Origin: a virus | Taxonomy: Duplodnaviria > Caudoviricetes | Length of the DNA: 64,000 nucleotides | Strand: one strand, 5' to 3' | IMG/VR virus record: IMGVR_UViG_3300008262_000001 | Part shown: positions 10,185 to 19,163 of the stretch, in pieces | Numbering within the stretch: the first letter of the stretch is position 1 | How the letters are laid out: each line of letters starts with the position of its first letter | Notes under the pieces: model-generated | The model's input: the letters and a program-made list of their open reading frames with translations, nothing else | The model's database searches: none | What the model was told of the DNA's origin: nothing | Position numbers and translations under genes: made by a program

Positions 10185-10763
10185 GTAAAAAAATAATGAC
10201 TTTCGAAGAATACAGTTCTGCGAATCCTATTCAGAATCCAAGAAAATCTTTCTGGAGCGATATGGAAATTGAAGAAGAAGAGGAAAACGAGGAAACAGAG
10301 GAAGAAGATTCTGAAGATGAAGAAGAGGAGAAAACTGAAAAAACCTCTAAAAAGTCTAAGAAAGTAAAAGACACTAAAGAAGAATCAGAAGAGGATACTG
10401 AAGAGGAATCTGAGGAAGATACCGAAGAAGAATCTGACGAGGAATCTGAAGAGGATACTGAAGAAGAAACTGAGGAGGATACTGAAGAAGAAACTGAGGA
10501 AGATACTGAAGAGGAATCTGAAGAGGATACTGAAGAAGAAACTGAGGAGGATACTGAAGAAGAAACTGAGGAAGATACTGAAGAGGAATCTGAAGAGGAT
10601 ACTGAAGAAGAAACTGAGGGAAGGCACTGAAGATGATGAAGATGAAGATGAAGATGATAACGAAGATGAAGACGATTCCGAGGAAGAAGATGAATCTGAT
10701 CTAGAAAACGAAAGAGAGGAACAAACTCAAAAAGTTATAAGATTTGATAAGTTCTTTAGTTAA
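10181..10763 (+). CDS. highly acidic Glu/Asp/Thr repeat protein, interrupted by a 1-nt frameshift near 10619
   Basis: The ORF stops at 10630, but the +1 frame from 10620 continues EGTEDDEDEDEDDNEDEDDSEEEDESDLENEREEQTQKVIRFDKFFS to TAA at 10761-10763, followed by a terminator. Confidence 0.7.
10385..10620 (+). repeat. coding tandem repeat with a 24-bp unit (EEDTEEE[T/S]) and exact 72-bp higher-order duplication
   Basis: The 72-mer gaggaatctgaagaggatact...gaagatactgaa starts at 10439 and 10511, with a partial third copy at 10583. Confidence 0.9.
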
Positions 10764-10781
10764 GAATTTCTTGTAAATCAC

Positions 10782-10808
10782 AAGCCCAGATTATTCTGGG
10801 CTTTTTTG
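10782..10808 (+). terminator. intrinsic terminator
   Basis: AAGCCCAGA-ttat-TCTGGGCTT followed by a T run. Confidence 0.85.
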
Positions 10809-10817
10809 TTGTTTCTA

Positions 10818-10825
10818 GATATATA
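10818..10825 (+). promoter_or_regulatory. putative late promoter GATATATA
   Basis: 4 nt upstream of the ATG at 10830. Confidence 0.55.
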
Positions 10826-10829
10826 CACT

Positions 10830-12314
10830 ATGGAAAATACCCTGTTGGAGAAATTTATTTTTAAAGGAATTAAAGGGAAAGATAGACCTTTGACCGTTGT
10901 TATTCTTACAACAAAGCTTGGAAAAAGTCTAAAAAACGCTCCAACTACAGATAAGATCATGAAAATCTGTGAGGAAAGGGGTGTACGCTGTATTATCATT
11001 GATACAGAAAAAGGATCAATACAAAAGACTTTAAAGGGAACATTTTTAATTTCTTCAAACGGAGATAAACCCAAGGAAATCTATTTAGATAGAACTGTAG
11101 TTTTAACAAGAAGATCTTCTATTAAGAATAACGCAGCCAAAGGATTTTTCAAGAAAATGGAAGACCTTGGATTTCCTTGCGTCAATTCGTATGAATCTGT
11201 CATTATTTGCGAAGATAAATTACAAACAACTAGAAAGCTTGAAATCAATGGTATTCCTGTTCCTAAAACGTCCCTGATTTCATCTCCTGCTGATATAGAT
11301 AAAGCGGTTGCTGAGGTTGGAGGTAATTACCCAGTAGTTTGTAAATTTCTTTCTGGTACTAAAGGAATAGGTGTTTTTATGATTGATTCTAGACCTTCTC
11401 TTGTATCAACTCTGCAAGCAATTTGGCACCTAGCTCCTGGGACTGAAATAGTTCTTCAAGAAAAAATTGATGCTGAATATGACTTAAGAATACACGTTGT
11501 TGCTGAAACTAATGATTCATTAGGCAGAGAGTACAAAGTCATAGCAGCGATGAAAAGAATTAAGATTGAAGGGGATTTTAGAACAAACTTTTCATTAGGT
11601 GGTGCAACGGAACAAGTAGAGCTTTCACCAGAAATCGAAAAAATAGCAATTGAATCAGCAAAAGCAACCGGATGCCTCTGGTGCGGAGTAGATATTATCG
11701 TAGATAAACAGGATCAAAGGCCATTCGTTTTAGAAGTCAACGCATCACCAGGAACTACTGGTATCGAAAAAACTACTAAAATACCAGTAACTGATTATAT
11801 CTTAGATTTTCTTTTGGATAAGAAGAATTGGGTTAAACCTAAAAAAGTAACTGGGTTCAGAGAAATGATTTCGATCCCAGGGGTTGGCTCTTTTGTTGGA
11901 AAACTAGATACAGGAAACGGATCTACCTCTTGCTCACTTCATGCAGACTTTATAGAGGAAGTTGATGGATATGTAAACTGGAAGATAGGTGATAAAGAAT
12001 TCAGAAATAAAATAGTTGGACAATCTAAAGCCGAAGTCGGAGAAAAAACATATCATAGATCGGTAGTTAACCTTGATGTAGATTTCAACGGAATAGTATA
12101 CAGAAAAGTCAAATTCTCTCTAGTAGACAGAACAGAAAAAAGTACTCCTTTATTATTGAACAGGGACTTCTTAAGTTCTGCAGGATTAATTGTAGATCCT
12201 TCTGAAGATTTTGTAATTACAGATCGACCTGAAGGTTACTCACCTAGAGACGCAAAGGGAAATCCCATTGCAGGTGTGGAAATTGTTTTAGCTAACGGAT
12301 CCCATAACAAATAA
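10830..12314 (+). CDS. rimK: RimK-family ATP-grasp glutamate ligase fused to a C-terminal RimB-like (retropepsin-type) protease
   Basis: ATP-grasp motifs: CEDKL.T, IPVPKT, VVCKFLSGTKGIGV, LQEKI, DLRIHVV, FRTNFSLGG, CGVDII, LEVNASPG. C-terminal GKLDTGNGSTSCSLHA and SLVDRTEKSTPLLLNRDFL. Start moved to MENTLL at 10830. Confidence 0.85.
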   Translation: MENTLLEKFIFKGIKGKDRPLTVVILTTKLGKSLKNAPTTDKIMKICEERGVRCIIIDTEKGSIQKTLKGTFLISSNGDKPKEIYLDRTVVLTRRSSIKNNAAKGFFKKMEDLGFPCVNSYESVIICEDKLQTTRKLEINGIPVPKTSLISSPADIDKAVAEVGGNYPVVCKFLSGTKGIGVFMIDSRPSLVSTLQAIWHLAPGTEIVLQEKIDAEYDLRIHVVAETNDSLGREYKVIAAMKRIKIEGDFRTNFSLGGATEQVELSPEIEKIAIESAKATGCLWCGVDIIVDKQDQRPFVLEVNASPGTTGIEKTTKIPVTDYILDFLLDKKNWVKPKKVTGFREMISIPGVGSFVGKLDTGNGSTSCSLHADFIEEVDGYVNWKIGDKEFRNKIVGQSKAEVGEKTYHRSVVNLDVDFNGIVYRKVKFSLVDRTEKSTPLLLNRDFLSSAGLIVDPSEDFVITDRPEGYSPRDAKGNPIAGVEIVLANGSHNK

Positions 12315-13709
12315 TTCGACTATCTTCTTTCTGTAAGATGTTTGATCGTCGACTATCATTTGATTTTTCAAAGGCAATTTCTTTCTTTCTATAACCGAAT
12401 CTGGAATTAATCCCTTAAAAGTATCCTTCAGGATTTTCTTATTTTTCCTTTCTTCAAAAGGAAGATGTAAAGCAAACCTTACCACATCATGATTTAGGAA
12501 AGGACTCCGTAACTCTAACGTGTGAGCCATTGAAAGCTTATCTAATCTTGGTAAATGATAATGTGTTAATTCATGAAAGATATCAGAGCTTTGAGAGTCG
12601 TATTCATTAATTCTTCTATATCCTCCGAACAATTCATCTGCACCATCACCAGAAATTACTATTCTAGTATCTGTACCCTTCCTAATTGCATCGAATAAAT
12701 GATACTGAGGAATTACACTTCCAAGATCAACAGGAGACTCGTTCCATTTTTGGTAGATTTCTAGAAGGGTCTTCTTTCCTTCTTCAGTTTCTAAATCTAC
12801 TCCGTAGTTTAATCTTTTTGAAGAAATTTCCCAATATTTCTCACATTCTTGTACATACTGTTCATCTTCGCCATTTGATATAGAATAAAAACTTACATTT
12901 GCATCTAATTTTAGTAATAGTCCTGCTATTATAGCAGAATCCAATCCTCCAGAAAGCAAAAGGGATGTTGGATAATTTTTAGACAGAAGTCTTGATTTAA
13001 CAGAGTTTTCCATCTTTTGCCAAAGCCAGTCCATTCTATCATCATAAGTCTCTAATCCCGCATCAAAAGAGTAAAAGTTATAATAAGGATTTGAAATCTC
13101 AACTTTTATTGGATGATCCAAAGACCACCTGTAAAATCTATTAGGTTCGAGTTTTTGGATATTCATGAAAGGAGTTTCGTTTGTAGGAACATATCCAAAT
13201 TTAACTACTCCACTGAAGAAGGCAGGATTATAAAGTACAGGATCCTCTTTTTCGTATAAACCTTTTATTTCTGAGCAAACCTCCCCTCTGTCGTTTTTAT
13301 ATAAGCATTTTTTACCTAGAGGATCAGTGAAAGCATAAACTTCCCTTTTTTCTGTATCGACTAAAACTATTGCCCAAAACCCATCCCAAGAAACCACATG
13401 CGGCTCGTAGATAGCCTGTAACATGCCTATACCAGAAAAATTAAAACTACTAAAAAGGTTTTGTAAATATGCAGTGTCAGATTCAAAATCCCCGGAGTAG
13501 TTGAATATTTCTCCATTAAATAGCAACCATCTATTTTCTCCTATTTGAATTGGCTGTGACCAATTATCTCCATCTAATGTTTGAATAGGTAGACGATGAT
13601 GAACTAATGAAAGATCTTTATGTTGGACCATAGAGTATTCTGTACCTCTATGTGATATTGACAAAACCCGTTCCTCGCTCGGGTTCTTAGCTACTAAAAT
13701 TCCACACAT
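12288..13709 (-). CDS. asnB: asparagine synthetase B-like glutamine amidotransferase
   Basis: MCGI N-terminal nucleophile, HRG, FNGEIFNY, LLLSGGLDS, SGDGADELFGGY, LELRSPFL. Confidence 0.9.
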   Translation of the reverse strand: MCGILVAKNPSEERVLSISHRGTEYSMVQHKDLSLVHHRLPIQTLDGDNWSQPIQIGENRWLLFNGEIFNYSGDFESDTAYLQNLFSSFNFSGIGMLQAIYEPHVVSWDGFWAIVLVDTEKREVYAFTDPLGKKCLYKNDRGEVCSEIKGLYEKEDPVLYNPAFFSGVVKFGYVPTNETPFMNIQKLEPNRFYRWSLDHPIKVEISNPYYNFYSFDAGLETYDDRMDWLWQKMENSVKSRLLSKNYPTSLLLSGGLDSAIIAGLLLKLDANVSFYSISNGEDEQYVQECEKYWEISSKRLNYGVDLETEEGKKTLLEIYQKWNESPVDLGSVIPQYHLFDAIRKGTDTRIVISGDGADELFGGYRRINEYDSQSSDIFHELTHYHLPRLDKLSMAHTLELRSPFLNHDVVRFALHLPFEERKNKKILKDTFKGLIPDSVIERKKLPLKNQMIVDDQTSYRKKIVELFVMGSVS

Positions 13710-13712
13710 ATT

Positions 13713-14249
13713 TTAAAATTGTGATACTTTTGATTTAAAGCGTATTACTGAATCTAAATCCATATTGTTATGGAAAACCTCTATGTCAACTCCCAAGTCT
13801 AGCAGCAAGGAAGAAAACGATGAAAAAAGACCCTTCTCTTCTTCTCTTCGTTGGTCGTCTTTATCCCAGATATCTTTGTTTCTATTTTGCTCGTATAATC
13901 CTTCAACAAGAATAATCTTTGTTTTTCTAAAAAATCCTCTTTTGCTGAAATTTATAAGATCCCTTTTTGCTTCCTGTTCAGTTATTCTACCTTGGAATAC
14001 TCCCCAAACAGAATTTGTAAGAATCCCTCTATCAACTATAATCTTTGGTAGAAATCCTTGGTTATCTAACTCGTGCAACATAACTTCTTTTCCTAATCCG
14101 AACCAATGAACAATTTCGTCATTTTTAGAAAATTCCCATGTTTCGAAATTAGAATTGAAATCGAATTTAAAAACTGGTAAAGATTTTTGCTGTTGGACGA
14201 GATAAGTTTTTCCACTTTTTCTAGCACCTTCAATAATTAGTAAGCTCAT
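13713..14249 (-). CDS. P-loop nucleoside monophosphate kinase-like protein
   Basis: LIIEGARKSGKT Walker A and IVDRG (thymidylate-kinase-like). Start taken at MSLLII. Confidence 0.65.
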   Translation of the reverse strand: MSLLIIEGARKSGKTYLVQQQKSLPVFKFDFNSNFETWEFSKNDEIVHWFGLGKEVMLHELDNQGFLPKIIVDRGILTNSVWGVFQGRITEQEAKRDLINFSKRGFFRKTKIILVEGLYEQNRNKDIWDKDDQRREEEKGLFSSFSSLLLDLGVDIEVFHNNMDLDSVIRFKSKVSQF

Positions 14250-14320
14250 GTTTTTTGTATAAAAAAAGGATATAACCATAGATTATATCCTTTAAATTAA
14301 TAAAATTTCTTTGTCTGGAA

Positions 14321-16393
14321 TTATTCCCCAGCAGCCATCATACTTACATCAAGACCTTTTTCTTTCAAGATTTTTTTAACTTGTGGCCAAAGAGTATCAT
14401 CATATAACCATTGCTTAAGTGTGTCACCATCTTTCAAACCCCAAGCATCATTCAAAGCATTTAAATCACCTTGAGTTTTAATTTTCTCTCTGAATAATTT
14501 TTGAACCTGTCCACCTTCGTAAGCTGTATTAATTCCTTTCATATTCATGAGAAGTTCAGAAACCATCTCCTGATATTGGGCATCTGTATATGTCCTTTTC
14601 ATCTTTTCTTCGGTAGCTGCTTGTTTCTGTTTTTCTTTTCCAGTAATTTTTCCTGCTACTGTTCCTTTTCCAACCTCTTTAAGTGAAAATGTTCCTTGAC
14701 CATCTCTGAAAGCAATTTGCCAAGATGATGGATCAGTCTCTTTGCCCTGTGGAATGTTTAGATCTGCATCGAATCTTGTATATCCTGAAACTCCTTTGTT
14801 GAAATTAGAAAAATAAGATGCTGTATAATTTGAATAAAGAAGTAAAGCCTCGTTTGCATCCTCCAAATCTATTTGGACATAAAACGTGTTTCCTGTTGGT
14901 AAAATTTCTACTTTGACTTCCCCACTTCCACCAGCGAAACCACTAAACCATTTCATTGGATTATTTTGAACTTCCGTCTTTAAATAGTCATAAACTTTTT
15001 TAATCTGATCATTGCTTAAGACTTGAACCTCTGTTTCCCCTGAAATTTTATAGGTACCATCTTTGATTTCTTTCAAATACTGCTGACCATACTGAGCAAA
15101 AGCTTTTCTTATAAATTTATTATTGAATTCTCCGCTCTTGTCAAGCTGTATTTTTTTAGCATATTCTGGATCCTTCTCGTTTACATAAACTCTAAAAAAA
15201 TTGCCTTCTTCTTTAGTTTTAAAAGGAGTTGCAGGATTAGCCTCACCTACTGGATCCTTCTTAGCTCCAACTCCTGAAGTTCCGCCACGAGGGACGTTTC
15301 TACCTGACTTAACAGCCTCAACGTCAAATCCCTCGTTTAATTTTTTTTTTATAAAACTATCAAAAGAAACCAATTTCAAATTTGTTCCCAAGGATTCATT
15401 AGTTTCTTTATAATTTAATAGAATTGTGTAAAATTCTGGCGTTATATTTCCAGTTTTATCATTCTCGAGCTCTTTGTAGCTCTTTCTCAATCCATTCTTA
15501 ACATCTTTAATAACATTAGCAGTATTAGCTCTTAATGTAGAACTTACTTTTGGGTAGCTTGCATAAACCTTACTCCAATCACTAGTTCCACTTACTGCAT
15601 CATATTTTTTGAACTTCTCATAGATTAATTTTTTAACCTCTTTAACTACCTCACCGTCTTTTCCTGAATAAGCTTCACCACTCCTTTCTTTAATTGTTGA
15701 AGTTAATCCACCTTGGATAGTTGATCCTGTTGATCCTGTTGCTCCAGATGCTCCTGTAGATCCACTTGCAAGTTGTTGTGCTGCAAGTCTCATTGTATCG
15801 AGAACCTTTACCATTTCATTCTTAGCATCAGAAAATAAAGTTTCAGCGTCTTGCAGCGGTTTTGTAATTGTTGGATATTCAATATCAGCAATCACCTTTT
15901 CTGACTCTTTCGCCCACTCATCACGATAACTTTGTGATGCTTCAGTGAAATCAGTATATAGATCAGAATAGTTATTTCTGAAATTGTTTATCAAAGCTAA
16001 ATCTTTAGTAACTTCTAAAAATTTACCATCTTTCTCCCTTTGATAAACTGCCTCAGCTTTCAGTTTTGCAACACGATCTATAAGTCTAGTAAAGATAGTG
16101 GTGTATTTCTTTCCAGTTTGAGCACCTGCAAGATTTGAAGCTGGGTTTTGTCTTTGTTGTGCATCGTTATAATCAGCAACTATCGAATTTTTAAGAGCTT
16201 CCAACGAATCAATAAAAGGATTCAATTTGAAATCTTTTTCATCGTCCTGGAATTTGTCTTGTCTTCTTTCTTCGCGTCTTTCTGCTCTATCCTCTTTTCT
16301 TTGCTTACTATCTCTTCTTTCCTCCAGATTCATGTTATATGAATCACTTTTCATACTTTCGATTAAGCGAGAGAAATTGTTACTAAGTGCCAT
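14321..16393 (-). CDS. putative virion/head protein: coiled coil, short collagen-like linker, PG-binding-like region and C-terminal annexin-like repeat
   Basis: 690 aa; GSTGASGATGSTG linker; GKDGEVVKEVKKLI; C-terminal ELLMNMKGINT...IKTQGDLNALNDAWG..DGDTLKQWLYDD. Confidence 0.55.
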   Translation of the reverse strand: MALSNNFSRLIESMKSDSYNMNLEERRDSKQRKEDRAERREERRQDKFQDDEKDFKLNPFIDSLEALKNSIVADYNDAQQRQNPASNLAGAQTGKKYTTIFTRLIDRVAKLKAEAVYQREKDGKFLEVTKDLALINNFRNNYSDLYTDFTEASQSYRDEWAKESEKVIADIEYPTITKPLQDAETLFSDAKNEMVKVLDTMRLAAQQLASGSTGASGATGSTGSTIQGGLTSTIKERSGEAYSGKDGEVVKEVKKLIYEKFKKYDAVSGTSDWSKVYASYPKVSSTLRANTANVIKDVKNGLRKSYKELENDKTGNITPEFYTILLNYKETNESLGTNLKLVSFDSFIKKKLNEGFDVEAVKSGRNVPRGGTSGVGAKKDPVGEANPATPFKTKEEGNFFRVYVNEKDPEYAKKIQLDKSGEFNNKFIRKAFAQYGQQYLKEIKDGTYKISGETEVQVLSNDQIKKVYDYLKTEVQNNPMKWFSGFAGGSGEVKVEILPTGNTFYVQIDLEDANEALLLYSNYTASYFSNFNKGVSGYTRFDADLNIPQGKETDPSSWQIAFRDGQGTFSLKEVGKGTVAGKITGKEKQKQAATEEKMKRTYTDAQYQEMVSELLMNMKGINTAYEGGQVQKLFREKIKTQGDLNALNDAWGLKDGDTLKQWLYDDTLWPQVKKILKEKGLDVSMMAAGE

Positions 16394-16411
16394 TTTATTG
16401 TATTTTTTATT

Positions 16412-16930
16412 TTAAATCTGTGAAGTTTTTGATTTCCAATCCTCGATAAACTTTGCATTGAATGCGTTAATTTGTTCGATTACGCTTGCTGTAATAGCTG
16501 GATCGTTGGTAAAATCTCCAGATTCTGCTTGTAAAGCTTCATAAGCCCTAGCAATTTGTTCAAATCCCTTTGAGACTTTATCAAAAACACTTGCATAAAG
16601 CTCCTTGTTTTTAGAAGCTGCAGCTTCAGTTTTAGCTTTGCTCCAAAGCTCTTCTGCTGTTTTAATTACATCTCCAAGTCTTGTTTGCGGAGGTAATGGA
16701 GTAGTAGCTGCTTGGATGAAAAGAGGAAAAACCTTAGCTTTAACATCGTCTGGTATAGTTAAAAAGAAATGTTGAACATTAGATGCTAATGTTGAAAAGA
16801 TTCTTTTAGCGTAATCTTCCACTTTATCAGCACTCATAGTTGCTTCATTAAGTCTAACATATTGATGCTTTTTAGCCTGTTCTGAAAGAGATTCAAAAAC
16901 AGGGTTGTAAGGTAAATAATTATTCCTCAT
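16412..16930 (-). CDS. putative head-internal helical protein
   Basis: 172 aa; VFES and LNEA near the N-terminus; late-promoter motif upstream. Confidence 0.55.
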   Translation of the reverse strand: MRNNYLPYNPVFESLSEQAKKHQYVRLNEATMSADKVEDYAKRIFSTLASNVQHFFLTIPDDVKAKVFPLFIQAATTPLPPQTRLGDVIKTAEELWSKAKTEAAASKNKELYASVFDKVSKGFEQIARAYEALQAESGDFTNDPAITASVIEQINAFNAKFIEDWKSKTSQI

Positions 16931-16948
16931 TTTTAATTTTTATTATTG

Positions 16949-16956
16949 TATATATC
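16949..16956 (-). promoter_or_regulatory. putative late promoter GATATATA
   Basis: 18 nt upstream of the ATG at 16930. Confidence 0.6.
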
Positions 16957-16961
16957 TGTTT

Positions 16962-17243
16962 TTATCCAAGAGATTCTATCTTCTTAACTGCCACAGATTT
17001 TTTCTGCAACTCAGCAACTTTTTTCTGAGTTTCTAATGCTTGTTGTTGTAGGGAATCACTTTTCTTCAAAGTGCCATCTTTTTCTCTTTTAAATAGATTT
17101 GCTATAGCCAAATCAATCTCGCTCAGCTTTTTATCAATTTCTAAGATTTCTTTTTCAGCAGTAGTCTTTACTTGTAGGTTTTTAGCTTTGTCCTGTGCAG
17201 ACTCCTGTTCGTAAATGAATTTTTTAAAACTAGTAATTTTCAT
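16962..17243 (-). CDS. small coiled-coil protein with a capsid-targeting-like N-terminus
   Basis: Starts MKITSFKKFIYEQES. Confidence 0.6.
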   Translation of the reverse strand: MKITSFKKFIYEQESAQDKAKNLQVKTTAEKEILEIDKKLSEIDLAIANLFKREKDGTLKKSDSLQQQALETQKKVAELQKKSVAVKKIESLG

Positions 17244-18093
17244 ACTTGAGAGCTTTTATTTTTTTGTCGATCAGGGAAATCTTTGATCTGAGCATTTCAA
17301 ACATATTTTTATAATGTATTCTAATCTTTGCCTCTTCATTTTCCAAACTATCGATAGTCTGTGAATCTGCAAATTTTTTAGCTTGCTTGAGTTCTTTTCT
17401 GATTTCTTCTATCTGCATCTTACTCCTTATCTCAACATCGAACTTAAAATCCCTAAGCTTGTCTAATAAAGATTTTAATTCCTTTTCATCGTATCCATCT
17501 ATTATAGACTGGGCTTCTGAATTTGTAGAATTCAAAAAAGGTGCAATTTCTTCAGGAATTTCTGTAGTGTAATTTTCAACAGATTGTCCTTTTCCCATTA
17601 AATCTTCAAAATAGCTAGATTTCTTGTTTGCATCTTTTACCAATGAATCAAACTGAGCTGCAATTAAATTGAGATCTCCAGAGGATTTATATTTGTTAAG
17701 TCCTTTAAGTAATTTCTCTGTACTTTCAGCTTCTATTTTTGCTACTTCTGCACTGAAGTAAGCTTGAAGTTTAGGATTTTTTTCTATTTGGATTTCAGCT
17801 TCTTTTAAAAGTGCATTTATTTCTTGCATTTTCAAATTAGCATAAACTCTAGCTTGTCTTTCCAAATTAGAAATTAAAAATCTGTATTCCGGAGTGTTCT
17901 CCTTAGGAATAACAGATATTTCTTTTTCAATCGTAATCCGGTTGTCTATCTCTTCAGACTTAGCCTTTTTAATCTGTTTTAAAAGAGAATCAATTTTTCC
18001 TTTTTTTGTTTTAAAAATGTCGGAAATCCCTTTAAAAACTGAAGACAATACACCTTCATTGATAGAAAAACTTTCTAATCTTTTTAGTTTCAT
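17230..18093 (-). CDS. coiled-coil putative head-internal protein
   Basis: 287 aa; starts MKLKRLESFSINEG; apparent paralogue of 18090..19070. Confidence 0.6.
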   Translation of the reverse strand: MKLKRLESFSINEGVLSSVFKGISDIFKTKKGKIDSLLKQIKKAKSEEIDNRITIEKEISVIPKENTPEYRFLISNLERQARVYANLKMQEINALLKEAEIQIEKNPKLQAYFSAEVAKIEAESTEKLLKGLNKYKSSGDLNLIAAQFDSLVKDANKKSSYFEDLMGKGQSVENYTTEIPEEIAPFLNSTNSEAQSIIDGYDEKELKSLLDKLRDFKFDVEIRSKMQIEEIRKELKQAKKFADSQTIDSLENEEAKIRIHYKNMFEMLRSKISLIDKKIKALKYENY

Positions 18094-19070
18094 TTTATCT
18101 TGGTTTCCTCTTTTGCTAACACATCTAAAAGTTCTTCGCAGTCCTTATAAATGCTGTAGATATCCTTTTGCTTGCCTTCTGAATATTTATCAAACTCAGA
18201 CTTGTGTACTTCGTCTTCTACCTTTCTTTGTAGTTTTTCGATATCCCTTCTTTTAGAAAAATACCCACCTACACTATTTTTAATAGCTTCAAACTCCTCA
18301 CTCAAAGATTTCTCTGGTTCATCTTTAAATTCTTTTCTTGACTTTGTAGTAGTTCCAGTAGAAGCTGCAGGAGTGTTGGTTAATGAATTAACCTCTTTTT
18401 CTGCTTTAACTTTAGCATCCTCTGCTTGTTTTTTTGCACTCTCAACACTAACCCCAAAGAAATCTTGTAGATCTTTAGATCTAGTCTTACTCTTTGCAGT
18501 TATTGCTTTGATCTTTTCGTATCTGTCATTTCTCGTTTCTAAAACATCTGTTGCTCTTTGAGCGTTGAAATACTTTTTCTTTCTTTTGTTATCTCCAGTA
18601 AGGTCTTTAATCTTCTGCTCCAAAACATCAAATATTTCCTCGTGCATTTTGTTCAATTCTTTCATTCTCATATTAAGAGAATTTCTATAATTGACTAGAT
18701 CCTTACTCAACGTTTGGTAGTTGGGATTATTTGGATCATTATCCAATGCCTTTTGATCTTGTAAGGATCTATAAAACTCATCGTAAATTTGGTATTCCTC
18801 TGAATTAAATTTAAGCTCCTGTTCTTTCATTTGGGTCAGAACAGTCTTGATTTTTGAAATATCTCCGCCGAAAGCCCCACCTAAAAAATTTGCTATAGTG
18901 TCACCTAAACCCTCATTCAGAGAATTCAGTGCTACTAATATTTGTCCCTCTGACATCTGCGAAAAATCTAAATCTTTCTTTAGTAAATCATAGGTTTTTC
19001 TTATGTCCCTATCATTCTCCAAAAGATAGTTCTTAGCTTTTTGGAATTGGTTAATATTTTCAAATAACAT
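18090..19070 (-). CDS. coiled-coil putative head-internal protein
   Basis: 326 aa; contains SLNEG; late-promoter motif upstream. Confidence 0.6.
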   Translation of the reverse strand: MLFENINQFQKAKNYLLENDRDIRKTYDLLKKDLDFSQMSEGQILVALNSLNEGLGDTIANFLGGAFGGDISKIKTVLTQMKEQELKFNSEEYQIYDEFYRSLQDQKALDNDPNNPNYQTLSKDLVNYRNSLNMRMKELNKMHEEIFDVLEQKIKDLTGDNKRKKKYFNAQRATDVLETRNDRYEKIKAITAKSKTRSKDLQDFFGVSVESAKKQAEDAKVKAEKEVNSLTNTPAASTGTTTKSRKEFKDEPEKSLSEEFEAIKNSVGGYFSKRRDIEKLQRKVEDEVHKSEFDKYSEGKQKDIYSIYKDCEELLDVLAKEETKIK

Positions 19071-19086
19071 GAGTTTGTCTTTTCCT

Positions 19087-19094
19087 TATATATC
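19087..19094 (-). promoter_or_regulatory. putative late promoter GATATATA
   Basis: 16 nt upstream of the ATG at 19070, just past the capsid terminator. Confidence 0.6.
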
Positions 19095-19108
19095 TTGAAA
19101 TCCAATTT

Positions 19109-19144
19109 AAAAGCAAAAAGAAAAGGTCCCTTTTGGGACCTTTT
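19109..19144 (-). terminator. intrinsic terminator after the major capsid gene
   Basis: AAAAGGTCCC-4nt-GGGACCTTTT at 19121-19144, followed by a U-rich tail on the minus strand. Confidence 0.85.
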
Positions 19145-19163
19145 CAGTTATATCGATTACCTA

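Noticed and set aside
10385-10627. Hydrophobic 80-aa minus-strand ORF (FFSILFRF repeats) as a membrane protein
   Set aside because: It is the antisense shadow of the acidic repeat.
12288-13709. AsnB-like gene as a lasso-peptide cyclase in a RiPP cluster
   Set aside because: It keeps an intact N-terminal glutaminase (MCGI), and no precursor or B-type peptidase gene is visible.
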